Notes: generated by a model not told the origin, from the sequence alone. A DNA stretch of 64,000 nt from Azolla caroliniana (GCA_043228905.1 JBHGNT010000003.1:13454001-13518000); one strand, 5' to 3'. Counted from the stretch's first letter, positions 1-14,866 are shown. Program-made: numbers and translations.

Positions 1-26
1 TTTCCTCGTGTCCATCAATATCTGAG

Positions 27-3017
27 TTGTCTTGTTCTACGTTATTTTATTGTGTACTTGATCCGGACATTCACGTTTACAATATCGATAATGTCCCGAT
101 TCAATTAACATATTTTGAACAACAACAACTTGATGAAATCTTAAATGATTTTCATGATGTTTTTCCAAGTGAACTACCTGATGGGTTACCTCCTAAACGT
201 AATATAGACCATCGTATAGATATTGTACCTGGTGTTGCACCAATAAGTATACCTCCGTATCGCTTAAGTCGATCCGAAGAAGATGAGGTATCTAAGCAAC
301 TCAAGGACTATTTACGAATGGGTTATATACGTTATAGTAAATCTCCATGGGGTGCACCAGTTCTCTTGGTTAAAAAGAAAGAGGGCACATGGCGTATGTG
401 TATTAATTACCGACGCTTGAATAAAGTGACGATCAAGAATTCGTATCCATTGCCCCGGGCTGACGATCTAATTGACCGTCTCCAGGGAGCTAGGTATTTT
501 ATGAAACTTGATCTCCGTACTGGCTACCATCAAATACGAATAAGTGAGGACGATGTTCCTAAAACGGCATTTCGTACGCGCTATGGCCATTACGAGTTTT
601 TGGTTATGCATTTTGGTTTGACCAATGCTCCGGCTACTTTTCAACAAGAAATGAATGACATTTTCCGAGAACAACTTGGAAAATTTGTCGTTATTTTCTT
701 GGATGATATTTTAGTTTATAGCCGTACATTACAAGAACATGCTAGACATGTCCGCTTTGTTTTACAAACATTGCGTGACAAACAGTTTTATGCGAAGATC
801 TCAAAATGTGAGTTCTTCAAGAAATCAAGTACTTATCTAGGACATCTCATAACCGAACGAGGAGTTGAAATTGATCCTTCTCGCATTGAGAAAATCAAGC
901 TTTGGCCCACTCTTCGGAATATTCGAGAAGTTCGATCATTCCTTGGTTTTGTGGGGTTTTTGCGAAAGTCTCTTCGTAATTACTCCCAATTGACGACGCC
1001 GTTTACTGATCTTTTAAAAGGTCAAACACGTAAGTCTACAAAACCTATTGTGTGGAATGCTACACTAGACCTTGCCTTTAAGGAACTCAAGGACCTGGTT
1101 TGCAAGGCTCCTTCACTTCTTTTATCCGATCCTTCAAAACCTTTTGAGGTTGAAACCGATGCCAGCGATTACGCTATAGGTGCTGTCTTGTATCAAGATG
1201 GTAAACCAATAGCATTCGAGAGTAAGAAACTTGATTCTGCTCAATGTCGGTATACCGTTCAAGAAAAGGAATTATTTGCAGTTATACATGCGCTCAAAAC
1301 ATGGCGCCATTATCTTTATGGAAATCACTTTGTGGTAACTACGGACCACGAGTCCTTGAAATATTTTTGTGACCAACAAGACCTGAAAGGTCGTAAGGCA
1401 CGATGGGCTGATCTCATCCAGGACTTTGATTTTTCCATACGATATCGTAAAGGTTCCATGAACATTGTTGCTGATGCACTAAGTCGCATCCGTGAAGTTA
1501 ACACGCTTAGCTTCACTGAAATATCATCAGATCTTTATGATCACCTTCGAGGAAAGTATCCTGATGACAGTTATTTCGCAAAATACTGGGCAAGAGTTGA
1601 GTCTGGAACAGACACCACCACATCCTCGAAGGAATACTTCCACATTGCTAACGGTTTGCTCTACCGTAATGGGAAGGTTTGTGTTCCACATTTACCCGAG
1701 GTCAAAAAGAGGATTCTTTTTGAATGCCATGATGCACCCTCCGCAGGGCACCCTGGAATACATCGTACACTCGTTCTCATCTCCACTCAATTTTATTGGC
1801 CTAAGATGCGTCCTGACATACATAGCTATGTGACTAAATGTCACCAGTGTCAGGTTAACAAAGCCAAGCGACTTAAAGCCGCAGGACTTTTACATCCCTT
1901 GGACATTCCCAATAATAAGTGGGAAAGTATATCCATGGATTTTATTGTTAGCCTTCCTCGCACCCAAAAAGGTCATGATGCCATCTGGGTTGTCGTTGAT
2001 CGACTAACTAAAATGGCTAGATTTATTGCTACTAAAACCACGGTAACAGCTCCTGAATTGGCTTACCAATTCGTTGACGAATTGTTTCGTTTTTATGGGT
2101 TACTGATGGATATCGTGAGTGATCGAGATCCAAAGTTTACTAGTGACTTCTGGACACAAGTCTTTAAGAAGTTAGAAACTACGTTGAGCATGAGCTCCAC
2201 GGATCATCCTCAATCCGATGGACAGACAGAACGAGTAAATCAAATTATTGAGGACATGCTTCGAGCATACGTTGGTGCAAAACCAACAAAATGGGAACGT
2301 TATCTCCCAATTTTGGAGTTTGCTTATAACAGCTCCAAGCATACGTCGACGGGATATAGTCCTTTTATGTTGATGTATGGTTTTCAGCCACGAGCCCCGA
2401 TTGATGTTACTATACATCATGATGAGTTGCGAAGTACGCAAAACTTTCTTCGGGATATGCAAGATATGTTGCATATTGCACGAGATAATATAAAAACAGC
2501 TCAAGATAGAGCGCGTTTTTATGCCGATCATCATAGGCAACCTCGTGTATTCAACCCTGGACAGAAGGTATTCTTACGTGTACCTCACAATTCTAAGACA
2601 CTGTCTACGGGTAAGTGCGCTAAGTTAGCCCCACGGTTTTGTGGACCTTTTACAGTCCTCAAACGCATTGGGTCATCAGCCTATCATCTCGCTCTTCCCG
2701 ATGGTGTCGGAATTCATCCAGTCTTTCATGTGAGTCGTCTAAAAGAACTTCTAGGTTCTGGCGACAATACAGTTACGACTGAAACTCTGGTTACTTCTGA
2801 AGAATTATCTTCTAAACCACATGTACCAGAAAGAATTCTCGATGTTAAAACAAAAAAATTACGTACTAAAGAAATCCGAGAATTCAAAATAAAATGGATG
2901 GATAAATCAATAAAAGATGCCACATGGGAACGCGAAAATACTCTTAGAACTAACTTCCCTAACTTTCCATTGCAAGAGTGCAATGTTTTAAAGAGGGGGA
3001 GTATGTTTCGGGCATGA
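27..3017 (+). CDS. pol: Ty3/Gypsy chromovirus pol (RT, RNase H, integrase, chromodomain) of element A; 5' part lies outside the window
   Basis: 996-aa ORF with RT ([16 protein letters not shown]), RNase H ([14 protein letters not shown]), integrase HHCC and [18 protein letters not shown] motif and a C-terminal chromodomain (PERILD...IKW...ATWE). Confidence 0.95.
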   Translation: MSCSTLFYCVLDPDIHVYNIDNVPIQLTYFEQQQLDEILNDFHDVFPSELPDGLPPKRNIDHRIDIVPGVAPISIPPYRLSRSEEDEVSKQLKDYLRMGYIRYSKSPWGAPVLLVKKKEGTWRMCINYRRLNKVTIKNSYPLPRADDLIDRLQGARYFMKLDLRTGYHQIRISEDDVPKTAFRTRYGHYEFLVMHFGLTNAPATFQQEMNDIFREQLGKFVVIFLDDILVYSRTLQEHARHVRFVLQTLRDKQFYAKISKCEFFKKSSTYLGHLITERGVEIDPSRIEKIKLWPTLRNIREVRSFLGFVGFLRKSLRNYSQLTTPFTDLLKGQTRKSTKPIVWNATLDLAFKELKDLVCKAPSLLLSDPSKPFEVETDASDYAIGAVLYQDGKPIAFESKKLDSAQCRYTVQEKELFAVIHALKTWRHYLYGNHFVVTTDHESLKYFCDQQDLKGRKARWADLIQDFDFSIRYRKGSMNIVADALSRIREVNTLSFTEISSDLYDHLRGKYPDDSYFAKYWARVESGTDTTTSSKEYFHIANGLLYRNGKVCVPHLPEVKKRILFECHDAPSAGHPGIHRTLVLISTQFYWPKMRPDIHSYVTKCHQCQVNKAKRLKAAGLLHPLDIPNNKWESISMDFIVSLPRTQKGHDAIWVVVDRLTKMARFIATKTTVTAPELAYQFVDELFRFYGLLMDIVSDRDPKFTSDFWTQVFKKLETTLSMSSTDHPQSDGQTERVNQIIEDMLRAYVGAKPTKWERYLPILEFAYNSSKHTSTGYSPFMLMYGFQPRAPIDVTIHHDELRSTQNFLRDMQDMLHIARDNIKTAQDRARFYADHHRQPRVFNPGQKVFLRVPHNSKTLSTGKCAKLAPRFCGPFTVLKRIGSSAYHLALPDGVGIHPVFHVSRLKELLGSGDNTVTTETLVTSEELSSKPHVPERILDVKTKKLRTKEIREFKIKWMDKSIKDATWERENTLRTNFPNFPLQECNVLKRGSMFRA

Positions 3018-3458
3018 CCATATAATATCCCGTGGTAAGAATTTACCGTAGTATTCTATACACGTGGATAAGTGTGAGGGTTAAATGAGAGTGTAAAGAA
3101 GGGGAGGATTACTTTTAATCCTCGGGATTGAGACAACCCATTAGGTCAAGTGTGAACTTGCCTGGGGGCCTTGGGTTTCGCTATAAATAAGAGGCCTAGC
3201 TACCCTCATTTGATCATCTTTTGACTACATCGAGACTCTGCTCGTGTGGTGGGTCAACTCTTGTAGCGAGCGCGCCAGCACCAGGTACGACTCGACGCCA
3301 CGGCGGTGGTATGGGACGCCGATCGAGGCTCGAGTCCGTCTCGATCCCTTCGCTCGGGGGTGGTCGGGTGGATCGGCACCCTTCTTTCTCTTTCTCCTTT
3401 CTATCTATCTTTTCATTATCCTTATCTTAAGCTTTCATTAGTGCTATGATCTATAATA
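3004..3458 (+). repeat. 3' LTR of Gypsy element A (455 bp, TG...TA)
   Basis: Preceded by PPT AAGAGGGGGAG; TATA-like CTATAAATA; closely similar to the reverse complement of the LTRs at 18999-19453 and 43504-43958. Confidence 0.9.
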
Positions 3459-4969
3459 CCTCCGACTTCGCGTCGGGCTTCTGTTGGCTTTCGATTGGGA
3501 TGCATACATTCGCAATGCTACCGAACACCTTGAGGTGCGACAGGATCGACTTCCTTCCAACGAGGAGCTCGTATGGAGTTAGCTCATGGACTCCATTGGT
3601 GGTGCATCGATTCATGAGATAGACATCTGTGGATGCCGCTTCGGCCCAATAGAAATTCGGCATGTGCTTCTCATGCATCATGGCGCGTGCTACCTCGAGT
3701 ATTTGCCGATTTTTCCTTTTAGCGACTCCATTTTGTTGGGGTGTGTGTCGGCACAAGAATTCTCTACGAATGCCTTCACTTTGGAGGTAGGAGGTGAATT
3801 CATTGGAGAAGTACTCCTTTCCTCCATCCGATCGTAGGCATCGAATGTGCCAACCGGTTTTTTTTCGACTTGCCCCTTGAGCTTTTGGAAGTGGGAGAGC
3901 ACTTCACTTTTCTTGTTCATCGGGTAGATCCACGCGTAGCGCGAGTAGTCGTCGATGAAGGTTACGTAGTATCGGCATCCGCCGATCATCGGCGTTTGAG
4001 CCGGTCCCCATACATCCGAGTGTATGACGTTGAGGAGGCCTTTGCTCGCGTGGCTCTCCTTCGGGAATGGGAGTCGATGTTGTTTGCCGAATTGACACGC
4101 TTCGCATACTCGGTTGACTCGAATGTCGGAAGTCCGATGAAGACTCCCTTTGTTTGCATAGCCCGGAGCCGTTGGAGGTTGATGTGGCTGATTCTTTTGT
4201 GCCAGAACTTGATGTTCGTCTCATTTTTGAGACCTTTAGCATCCATTGCTGATTTCACCTCATTCTAATTGAGGATGAACATTCGACCTTCTCTCCGCCT
4301 CTTAGCTACGACTTGACTATCTTTCTCGATGAAGCATCCTTCTTTGGTGAAGCGGACTTGCATGCCTTGCTCCATGATTTGGCCAACCGAGACCAAATTC
4401 TTTGTTATTGTGGGCACGTGCAAGACATTCTTGATGCAAGTTTGCTCACCTTCTTTCCCGAATGGGACATTGGCGATGTGCCGAATGGGATGCGTGGTGT
4501 CGTCTCCCGTCTCTATAAAGCCGGGTCGATCCGGCATTCGTAAATGGCGAAACCACTCTTCGTGGGATGTCATGTGATGTGAGGTGCCGGAATCTACGAA
4601 CGACACGTCTTCCGGATTGGAGAGGCTTGCAGATTCGGAGGCCGTCATAGAGTTCGCTCTATGCCGCATTACGAATAGTCCTCCGTAATCCCCGTATTCG
4701 GAGTTGTTGGCGTAGTTTGTGAGTTGCCGGCTTGTCGACGCCGACTCGGTTCTATTCTTCCGACACTCTGCCTCATAGTGGCCGATTTTGCCGCAATAAT
4801 TGCAAGTTGCGGGCCTTGTTTGCGGACCTTGTTCGGCTTGGAAGCTCCCTCTTCTTTCGAAGGTTCCTCGATGGCTTCCTCTTCTACCGCCACAACCTCT
4901 TCCTCGACCACCATCCAAATTGGAGAAGAACATTTGTCCTTCCGGTGCCTTGCTTTTTGGTTCGGACGT

Positions 4970-6296
4970 TGTAACAGGAACTACACGCTCTCGATGAACA
5001 ACGCTCGGCCACAACCGAGTCTAAGATCAAACACAGAAAATGGATAATGAACGCACGACACAAAGGAGAGAAGAGTACACAGGATGTTTAACGTGGAAAA
5101 CCCTGAGAGGGAAAAACCACGGGAGTCCACAGACTCCAAACTATCACTATATCACAATGATTACAACAGTGAGCTCACGGAGGCAGCGACCTTGCGCTCA
5201 CGATCTTCGCCACAGGTGGCGGTTACAACAGAGGCAACAACCTCTTCCTCTCTCTCTCTCTGTACACTGTTACGCGCTCTCTAGTTTTGTGCCAAGAAGA
5301 ATGACAACAACATCTACTAAGTTTGCCCTAAGTCATATTTATACTTATATGACTTTTCGGCTATTTACAAATATAGCCCCGATGGACTCTCAGAAAACAT
5401 ATTTATGAATATGTCCCTTCATCCGGTGAGCACTCCTCACCGGGCCTGCATCATCCGGCTCTTGCCGGGCACTTGTCATCCGGTTCTCACCAGGTCTTCT
5501 GTAGTCGGGTACTCTTCATCCGGTTCTCATCGGGTCTTCACCATCCAGCTCTTGCCGGGTACTTCTCATCCGGTTCTCACCGGGTCTTCACCATCCGGCT
5601 CTTGTCGGGTACTTCTCATCCGGTTCTCACCGGGTCTTCCATAGCCGGGTACTTCTCATCCGGTTCACATCGGGTCTTCCGTAGCCGGGTAGCCCACATT
5701 TGGTTTCGGTACTCATCAGTACTGTTCTTCTCACTTCCCATCCGGAGGGACCTGTTTCCTAACACGTTGTTGCGTTGTTACGGGTGTGCGTGTAGAAGGG
5801 GCGGGACCACGGGGGTCTTGGACTAGGGAGTAGAGGAGAAAGAATAAGATATGAGAAATGGAAGCTTAACACCGGATGAGAAGATGAAGAGTAGCACATA
5901 AGCATGGACCAAAATAGATGGAAGCAAGATCCACAACAAGATATATTAAAAACAAGCGAATGATTACAACAATGGTGGCTGCATGGGCCGCACCAAACGA
6001 CTATGAGAAAACCCTAACTGAGGATGAATAAGGAAACCCTAAACGAAACCCTAACTCTAAAACGGTAAGAACTCTAGACTAAGTGGTATACCTCTCATAC
6101 GCAAAATAGGCAACCCCTTCATAAGTGACCCCTCCCTTCCTTTTATAGCCCAAGGAGGGAGGGACCTTACAATGTGGGATAAATTTCCCCTCTTATTTCT
6201 ATACACAATTTCCTAGTATAGGTGTGCACATGTTGCACACCATCGACTTGCCCATTCCACCCTGGTTTCACACTATAGCCGGAAATCTTCACGAAA
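4970..6296 (-). repeat. Solo LTR with 4-bp ACGT TSD, itself split at its edge by another solo LTR
   Basis: ACGT at 4966-4969 and 6297-6300; removal restores Copia gag ENHVR; both ends are homologous to the reverse complement of the LTR at 8162-9720. Confidence 0.7.
4972..5764 (-). repeat. Solo LTR (~793 bp) with CGTTG TSD and internal tandem repeats (~5420-5690)
   Basis: CGTTG at 4967-4971 and 5765-5769; reverse-complement homolog of the solo LTR at 47589-48336. Confidence 0.8.
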
Positions 6297-8161
6297 ACGT
6301 GGTTTTCTTTGACCAATAACATCGATTAGAGGTCGAAGAACGAAGGAGGGTTTTCTCTCGCCAAGATTGCCGTCTATAGTGGATCAAATCGTTGTGTGAG
6401 GCTGCCCAAGCATACTTGAACCATCTCGTCTTCGTCGACATTTATGTTGATGGAGCCAAACGAGTCACAAATGCTCTTGATTTTGGTGTAGTCCGACACG
6501 GACATGTCTTTTGCCGAATGTTATTCAACTCTTGCCGGAGTTGAAGTTTGCGGGCGGTCGTGGTGGCGGCAAACATTTTCTTTAAGTTCTCCCACGCCTC
6601 TTTAGGCGTCTTGGCGTCTCGAATGTGGCTAAGCATATGGTCGTGGACACATGTTGCCAAGCAATACATTACCCGACTCGCTCCTTGCTCCCACATTGGG
6701 TAGTTGGTGTTTGTGTTGTCGGGCTTGTCCTCGAGTGCGCCATTGATGTAGCTCCAATACCCTTGGCCGACGAGGTATTGGGTCATCTTGTACTCCCAAG
6801 ATGAATAATTGCTTCGGTCTAGCTTTTCGCTAGGGAGCGAGCTACCCATTTGTGTGTTCATGTTGTTTTGTGTCTTCCTTGTTGGCTCTTCTTTCTTCGA
6901 TCACATACTTGTGCTACGTAGCGGCATTACGGTAGCGGATGGCCGGAATTTGTCGTCGGCGTTTTGAACACACAATCACGGAGTTGGGTGGGCTTAGTGG
7001 ATTTCTAAACTACACGCTCTGATACCATGTTAAGGATTAGGTAATTAATTAAGGAATAATTATTACCTAATTATGTGATAAAGTTATGTGCGGAAGATTA
7101 TGTGATATGTGTGTGTATGTGTGTGAGAGGAAGAGAGAGAGAGAGAGATACACTTATGAATAACACAAGATGGGGGATGAGTAAGTAGATTAACTTAGCA
7201 TTATCATCATCAAATACAAAAATACCGTCAATGAGGTATATATAGGTTTCATGTGCAAGGGTGCACATGTGCTAGGAGAATATAGGTACAACGTGTAAGT
7301 CCTATATTAAATGAGCATGGAGTGGTGGATCTACAATGTATCCCACTCAAGTACAAAATCCTATTTAAGGCTTTATGGTCAACACACTAACTAGATTCTA
7401 TCTAGGTAACTACTAAATTACATGTGTTGACTAACTAACTAAACTAAGTTGAGCTTTATCTCTCAACCATTTTCACGCTTCTTCTTTCTGCAACCGATAA
7501 ACAGACCGAAGCTTTCGCTATTCTCAACAATAACCAATAGCTCACACATCACCGAAGAAAAAACCATGTCGATCCCTGTATCTAACAGACTTCATCAATG
7601 GTTGCACAACAAGGGATTGCAAGGATATCTTAGGGTTGTAGATGTTGAACCACACCCCCGTGCTGCAGAAATTGTGAATCAAATTGACGTCGCCAAAATC
7701 ACCAACAAACAGGTACGCCGATTTTGGAATCTTAAAAGGGAAGGGTTCAATGCTATGGATCCACTGAAACCAAAAGTGCTAAGGTCATATTTTGGCGAGT
7801 ATTCGCCATCGGCCAAAGTTTATAAAACACAGGGATGTGAAGAAGAACTATTCTAAGAAGTTGCCAAATTCTTGCTAGAAGTGGCTTTCATCAGTCCCTG
7901 GTTCTACTGCATGCCCAAGCAAAGGGCAAGATTTATTATCGCCACATATGAAGGGGAAACAATCGACTGGGGGTACTTGATAGGGGAAGCACTATGGGAC
8001 CAATTGAAAGGGGTGTAGAATGGAAAACCAATAAAGCCCATCATCGGCCGATGGCTCACATTACTCTGCTCGACACCAAGTACGAAGAGACTTCATAAGA
8101 TCCCAAGGAAGTAAAAGGGCAACCAAGGTCGACATCAACTGCCGAGAGGGAAGTGCCACGT

Positions 8162-8752
8162 TCTCGTGAAGAATTTCGGCCAGAGGCGGAAACCGGGAAA
8201 CATTGGTTACATCGGCGGGGTGCAGCGTGTGTATGCACCCATGTACATTTAGTGTGAATATCGAGGGCGCCTTTATGGCGCCGAAGAGTAGTCAAGTCGG
8301 GGTAGACGATTCCATGGAAGGCGGGATTTGTCCCACATTGTAACGCATCCCTTTCCTTGTTCTATAAAAGGAAGGGAACACCCTTTGTGAAAGGGTTGCC
8401 CATTTTGCATTAGAGGGTATACCGTTAGGTTTAGAGTTAGGTTTCTTCTTCTCCTTCTTCTTCCCCTTCGTGTTTGCTTAGGGTTTGCTTTGGTTCGGCC
8501 TCCTGTGCAAGACCCCGCTCGGCGCGACGAGCTGAGAGCTCCCCGACGGCGGCTTGGCAGCTGACGACTACTGTAACCTACCTCAGTCCGACTCGACGCC
8601 GGGAATGTATTCTTCCCTTTATATATATATATATACGTTTGTCTGTGTATATTCGCGTCGTTGTTGGCATCGGGTGCTTAACCTCTCCTGCGTTTTCTGT
8701 ACATAAGGCGTGAGTCGGGTTGGGCTGTGTGTGCGTGAGTCGGTGTTAAGCA

Positions 8753-8788
<36 letters not shown>

Positions 8789-9720
8789 TCGGGTGCTTCC
8801 GGGGTGTTTCCGGGATGCCCCAGAAACAGTGAAGCACGACTTCCTATGCTCCATCTCTCCCTAGTCCAAGACCCCCGTGGTCCCGCCTTTCTCCACGCAC
8901 GCGCGTACAACTGTGTCGTGCCTTTCGGCTCCGGATCGTTGCGTGAGTCGGGTGGGAACCGCCGAGGTTTTGGACTAGGAGAAAGAAGAATATGAGATGA
9001 GGCTAATAATGAATAGATTATTAGAAAGAGAGATAGAAATTTCGTGAATCCCACGAGTGTATTGTATTCGATTAATCAATATTTAGATAAGAATATGTAT
9101 TTAGATTGAAAGAAAGATATAAGAAACTTGTGAATCCCACAAGTATAGATTATATTATTTTTGTGAATCCCACGATTATATTAATCGGTTGGTGTTTTCG
9201 GAAATATATCCAATTTCCAAATATTTCACACACCTATTACATTGTGCTCCCCATCCTTATGTAGTGATGGGAGAGACTAAGCATAGCTACATGCTTTTTT
9301 TTTCTAATATGTTCATGCACACTAAATGTGCATGTGATGCTTTTCTAATCCTTGCTTTTATTTGCTAAATATAGTGCTCATGCACGCTAGATGTGCATGA
9401 GTCACTTTTTAGTTGCTTGCGTTTTTCTATAAAATATTCACGCACTCTAAAAATGAATGATTTACCTTTTAATAAAGGTAGGCGCAAATAAAGCAGTTAT
9501 AGTTATTAAATCTATTTGTAGAACACTAAAGATAAGGTAGCATAATGGTAAAGTTGAGGTTTGGCTACGTGGAGGTACAAGGTTCGAATCTTGCCCTATG
9601 CACGTGATAAATATTTTGATATTCTTATTTTATTTATTTATACGTAATTAAATCGGTTATATTATTTTTACTTTTTCACGTAGTGTACGAAATACACTAC
9701 GACAGCGTAACAACGCGACA
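8162..9720 (+). repeat. Solo LTR with 4-bp ACGT TSD, containing a nested LTR-like insert (~8907-9704) in the opposite orientation
   Basis: ACGT at 8158-8161 and 9721-9724; TATA CTATAAAAGG; ends CGTAACAACGCGACA; inner insert ends CTACGACA and is flanked by GCGT/GCGT. Confidence 0.7.
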
Positions 9721-11120
9721 ACGTGAAGAATGGCAAGAACTGGAGCCGACAATTGTTGACACCCAAGAGTCGGAACCAACCCGACAATCAGAAGACAAAC
9801 CCCAGCAACAGTAGGAGCCGACTCCGAACCCCGACTCCCCAAACCCAGAGCCAAGACAAATGCCGAACCCCCAAACACAACCTATCAAGGAATCAACACC
9901 AACTTTTGAGGTTGAGAATCAACCACGACCACCTATATTCCAATCGAAGCAGAAGAGTCAGAGATTTCAACTATAAAGAATCGATGGTGATTCTTGTGTA
10001 GCGGAATAGACTAGAGATGTGCGTTATGTGTGTGTGTGTGTGAGAGAGATAGAGGAGAGAAACAAAAGATAGATTAGAGAGACAATAGAATACTCAAGAA
10101 GATGTATATTACAAAGGAGATTAATCGACCTAATTACAAAGTAGGAGGAGAGTGCTTTATATAGTCACTCTCTCTCTTCATTAACTACCGAAGCTCATGG
10201 GTCATGGGGAATGTGAAAACTCATTAGTTATGTTTCATAGAATATGATTCTATGACACATAGTTAATGTGTAGATAAGAGTGGTGACTTTTGACCTTTGA
10301 GTGCACACTCTCAAGGGTGTGTTCACACACTAGACTAGGTTGAGCTTGATTCTCAACACGCCCCCTCAAGCTCAACTTTGGTCGGCTACTTCGGTTGATG
10401 TCCGCTTTGGCTCGTATCCGGTTCGGATGATATCTGGTACATCCGGCTTGTATCCGGTTAGGACGGTATCCGGTTTTCGCTTGTACTCCCCCTCAGGCTT
10501 GGCAAATCAAGGACCGTCAATCCAAGGTCTGACAGGAATTGCCGAAGCTTGTCGGCTCCTAGGGCTTTGGTGAAGATGTCGGTTGTTTGAAGATTCGTAG
10601 TGATATGTTGAAGGTCGACATCGCCAGCTTGAACAAGCTCTCGAATGAAGTGATAGTGCACTTCGATATGCTTCGTGCGTGCATGGAACATCGGGTTCCG
10701 AGCCAGATAAATACTGCTCATGTTGTTGCAGTAAAGGAGAATCGGATCTTTGATGGGAACGCCTAGATCCTTTAATATCCTCTTGAGTCATATGGCTTCA
10801 CATGCAGCCACCGCCGTGCCCCTGTATTCGGCCTCTGTGCTCAAAAGAGCGATGGTTGGTTGCTTCTTGCTACTCCAGGAGATGGCTCCACTTCTGAGGG
10901 AAAAGATGAAACTAGAGGTTGATCGTCAGTCGACTTTGTAGCCTGCCCAGTCGGCATCTGTGTACCCCTCGAGTTGAATTGGCGTGGCCGACTTATAGAG
11001 AATGCCATAGTCCATCGTTCCGCTCACATATCATAGCACTCTCTTAGCACAATCCAAATGGATATCTCGTGGCGTTTGCATGAACTGGCTAAGAAGGCCG
11101 ACCGGATAGCTCAGGTCTGG

Positions 11121-12164
11121 TCAAGTGATCGTGAGGTAGATAAGACTACCGATCAGTTGTCGATACTGAGTCGGCTCACACTTAGTGGTGCCAGAATTGG
11201 CTTCTAGTTTGAGGTTTCGGTCGAGAGGTGTTGCCACAGACTTGCACTCAGTCATCCCAAACTTGTATAACAATTTGAGAATGTAGTGCCATTGGGAGAT
11301 CATAATCCCGGTTGGTGTCTGAATTACCTCGATGGCAAGGAAGTAGTGGAGCTCTTTCATGTCCGTCATCTCGAATTTGTTGGAAAGGAGGGATTTGACC
11401 TTGTTGATGTCGACTACATGCTCACCTCCAATGACCAGATCATCCACGTACAGGATGATGACGATCGTACTTTCGGAATCACTTCTTACATAGAGAGAAT
11501 TGTCGGCTTTTGAAATTCGGAAGCCGATTCGATGAAGATATTGTGTTATCTTCAAGTGCCAAGCACGTGGTGCTTGCTTAAGGTCGCAGAGAGGCTTCTT
11601 GAGTCGGCAGATGGCTTTCGGATGAATGTTGGATTTGAAGCTAGGTGGTTGTACCATGTACACCTCCTCTTCTAATTCGCCTTGAAGAAAAGCGTTCTTG
11701 ACATCCGTCTGGTGGAGGTGCCACCCTTTCGCTGCTGCAAACACTATGACGGTTCGCAGGGTTGTCATCTTTGCCACCGAGGCAAAGGTCTCTTCATAGT
11801 CGATGCCCTGTGTTTGTGCGTAACCCTTTGCTACGAGTCGAGCTTTGTAGCGGTTGATTGAACCGTCGACATTATACTTCACTTTGTATATCCATCTGCA
11901 GCCAATTGCCTTCTTGTGCGGTGAGTGAGGTACAAGATCCCATGTCTCATTCTTGCTGAGAGCTTGCATCTCCTCGTTCATTGCTTCGACCCATTGCGGA
12001 TCTTTAGTGGCTTCGACAAAGTGACAAAGTTTCTCATTTGCCAATGTGAGTGCTTTCTCAACTCCGGGTGACCTCGTAAGAGACACATCAAAGCCATCAA
12101 ACTCACTATCGAATGGATGAGTCAATTTGTTGCCGTTGAAGTGATTGTCTTCATATTCCGGCAT
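11121..12164 (-). pseudogene. pol: Copia reverse transcriptase fragment of element D
   Basis: YKARLVAKG, DVKNAFLQG, YVDDLVI motifs; flanking parts are broken by stops and frameshifts. Confidence 0.9.
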
Positions 12165-14800
12165 TTTGGCCTTCCCTTTGTCATTTTGGACTTGGCCGAG
12201 ATGTGCTTTGGTTGCTCGGAGGCTCTTGTGGTCCGCTCAATCTGGTTGAGATTAGACTCTCTTCGAGTATTGACCTTAGTTGATCATCATCTTCTGTGTT
12301 GTCGAGGTCATTCGTAGATGGTTCGAGAGGAGTCCGCTCGGGTTTGTACCATGATGTCGATTCGTCAAAGACGATATCCCGACTTAAACGAGTCTTCCGA
12401 GTAGAGGGATTGAAGCACTTGTACCCCTTTTGCTCTAGTGAGTACCCCACGAGGATGCACTTCTCTGATTTTGGGCCCAACTTCTATCGCTTCTCATCAA
12501 GAATGTGTACGTATGCAATGGAGCCGAATATCCTTACATGGGATAGATCCGGCTTCTTCCCATAGTATTTCTCGTGCGGGGTGCCTCATGCACTCCGAAT
12601 GTTGTGCACCGGTTCATGAGGTAGATGGCGGTATTTGCAGCTTTTGGCCAATATGACTTGGGCATATGCTTATCATTTAGCATGGCCCTTACTACTTCGA
12701 GGATGTGCCGATTCTTGCATTCGCCTACACCATTCTGTTGCGGTGTGTGTCGGCAAGTGAATTCTCGCCGAATTCCTTCTTGTCAAAGGTATGCCATGAA
12801 CGCATCGGAGAAATATTTCCTTTCTTCCGTTTGACCAAAGACATCGTACATGACGCCCAGTTGTCTTTTCGACTTCGCTTTTGAATTTTTGGAAGTGTGT
12901 AAAAACTTCGCTCTTCATCCTCATGGGAAAGATCCATGTGTATCTAGAGAAGTCATCGATGAAGGTAACATAGTACCGACATCCTTCGAACGTAGCCGTT
13001 TGTGCTGGTTCCCACACATCCGAGTGGACTACGTTCCTTTCCTTTCCTTCGGGAACGGGTACCAATGTTGCTTGCCGAATTGGCATGCTTCACATAATCC
13101 TTCAATCTCTTTCTCTTTGAAGGTTGGGAGCCCGATGACGACTCCTTTCAATTGCATCGCCTTGAGTTTGTTGAGATTGATATGGCCGATTCTTTTATGC
13201 CATAGCTCTATGTCGGTGTTGGATTTGAGGCCCTTTGCAAACATGGCTGATTTTACCTCGTTCGCTTCGAGGATAAACATTCGGCCTTCCCTTCGACCAC
13301 GAGCAATTAGTCGGCCTTCCTTCTCAATGAAGCAACCTCCTTGGTTGAATAGAACTTGCATCCCTTGCTCTACAATTTGGCCGACTGAGACCAAATTCTT
13401 CGTTATGGTGGGGACATATAAGACATTTTTTATGCAAGTTTGTTCACCTTCTTTCCCAAATGGGACATTGCCAACATTCCGAATCAGATGAGTGGTGTCG
13501 TCTCCGGTCTCGACATAACCGGGTTGATCCGGCTCTCGAAGGTCTTTGAACCATTCTTGATGGGACGTCATATGGTTCGAAGCACCGGAGTTGACGAACC
13601 ATACATCTTCCAGATTGGAGGCATTAGTCGAAGTAGAGGCCGACATAGAATTTGTTCTATGTCTCATTACAAACATTTCGCCATGATCTTCATAGTTGGA
13701 GTTGGTGGCGTAATTGGTGAGTTGTCAGCTTGTGGAAGCCGACTCACGCTTCTTCTTTTAGCACTCTTCTTCATGGTGGCCAATTTTTCCGCAATAACCG
13801 CATTCGATCGAGGTTTGTTGGCTCAGACCGGAATGGAAGCTCCCCCTTCTTCCAAAGGTTCCTCGATGGCTTCTGTTTTGTTGCCGATATTGGGAGTTGT
13901 CGTAAGTCAGACCTCGTCCGCCTCGTCCTTGGCCGAATCGGCCTCTTGCTCAGTCGCGTCCTCTTCCTCCATTCGAATGCGTGTAGAGCATGTGGCCTTC
14001 CGAGGCATTGCTCCTTGTTCGAACATGGTTTTCTTCAACCAACAACATGGATTGAAGATCGAAGAAAGAGGGAGGATTCTCCCTTGCTAGGACGGCGGTT
14101 CTCATCGCGCCGAACCGTGGTGCAAGGCCGCCGAGGAATATTTGCACCATCTCATCATCCACATTGATGCTTATTGAGCTGAGTGCATCACAAAGCTCCT
14201 TGATCTTCAAGGTGTAGCTTGTCATGGAGATATCCCTTTGTTGGATGTTGTTCAACTCTTGGCGGAGTCAAAGCTTCCTTGTGGTCGTGTTGGCAGCGAA
14301 AATCTTTGTAGATTTTCCCATGCTTCCTTCGGTGTCTCAGCTTCTCGAATGTACCCGAGCATGTGGTCGTGAACACATGTCGCCAAGCAATAAATTACTC
14401 GACTCGCCGCTTGCTCCCATGTTGCATTGTCGGCGTCTTTCCGGTCGGGCCGGTTTTCTTGTGCTCCTTTGATGTAGCTCCAATAGCCTTGACCGACAAG
14501 GTATTGATGCATCTTGTACTCCTAAGATACGAAGTTGTTTCACTCCAACTTCTCACTAGGGAGAGCGCTCCCCATTTGAGTATTCATGGTGTTTGATGTA
14601 GATTTCTTCCTTCTTCTTCCGTCTTGAATACGAGCTATGTAGTCGCACTACGATAACGATAAGCCGGTTCTTCTTGAACATCGGCGTAGAGCTCAACACA
14701 CGCGGATGGACGAGATCAAGCTACCAAACTGCTCTGATACCATGTAAAGAATTGATGGTGATTCTTGTGCAGTGGAATAGATTAGAGATGTGCGTTATGT

Positions 14801-14866
<66 letters not shown>

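Larger units (their letters stand above)
3459..7468 (-). mobile_element. Degenerate Ty1/Copia element C (5' LTR, PBS, gag, protease, integrase), interrupted by two solo LTRs and by element A
   Basis: 5' LTR ~7028-7468; PBS-Met TGGTATCAGAGC at 7027-7016; gag ORF 6442-6861; zinc knuckle CNYCGKIGHYEAEC; protease VDSG; integrase fragments 3451-4258 with frameshifts. Confidence 0.9.

Noticed and set aside
12850-14167. Long + strand ORFs opposite Copia D (and similar antisense ORFs throughout the window)
   Set aside because: Shadow frames of retroelement coding sequence.
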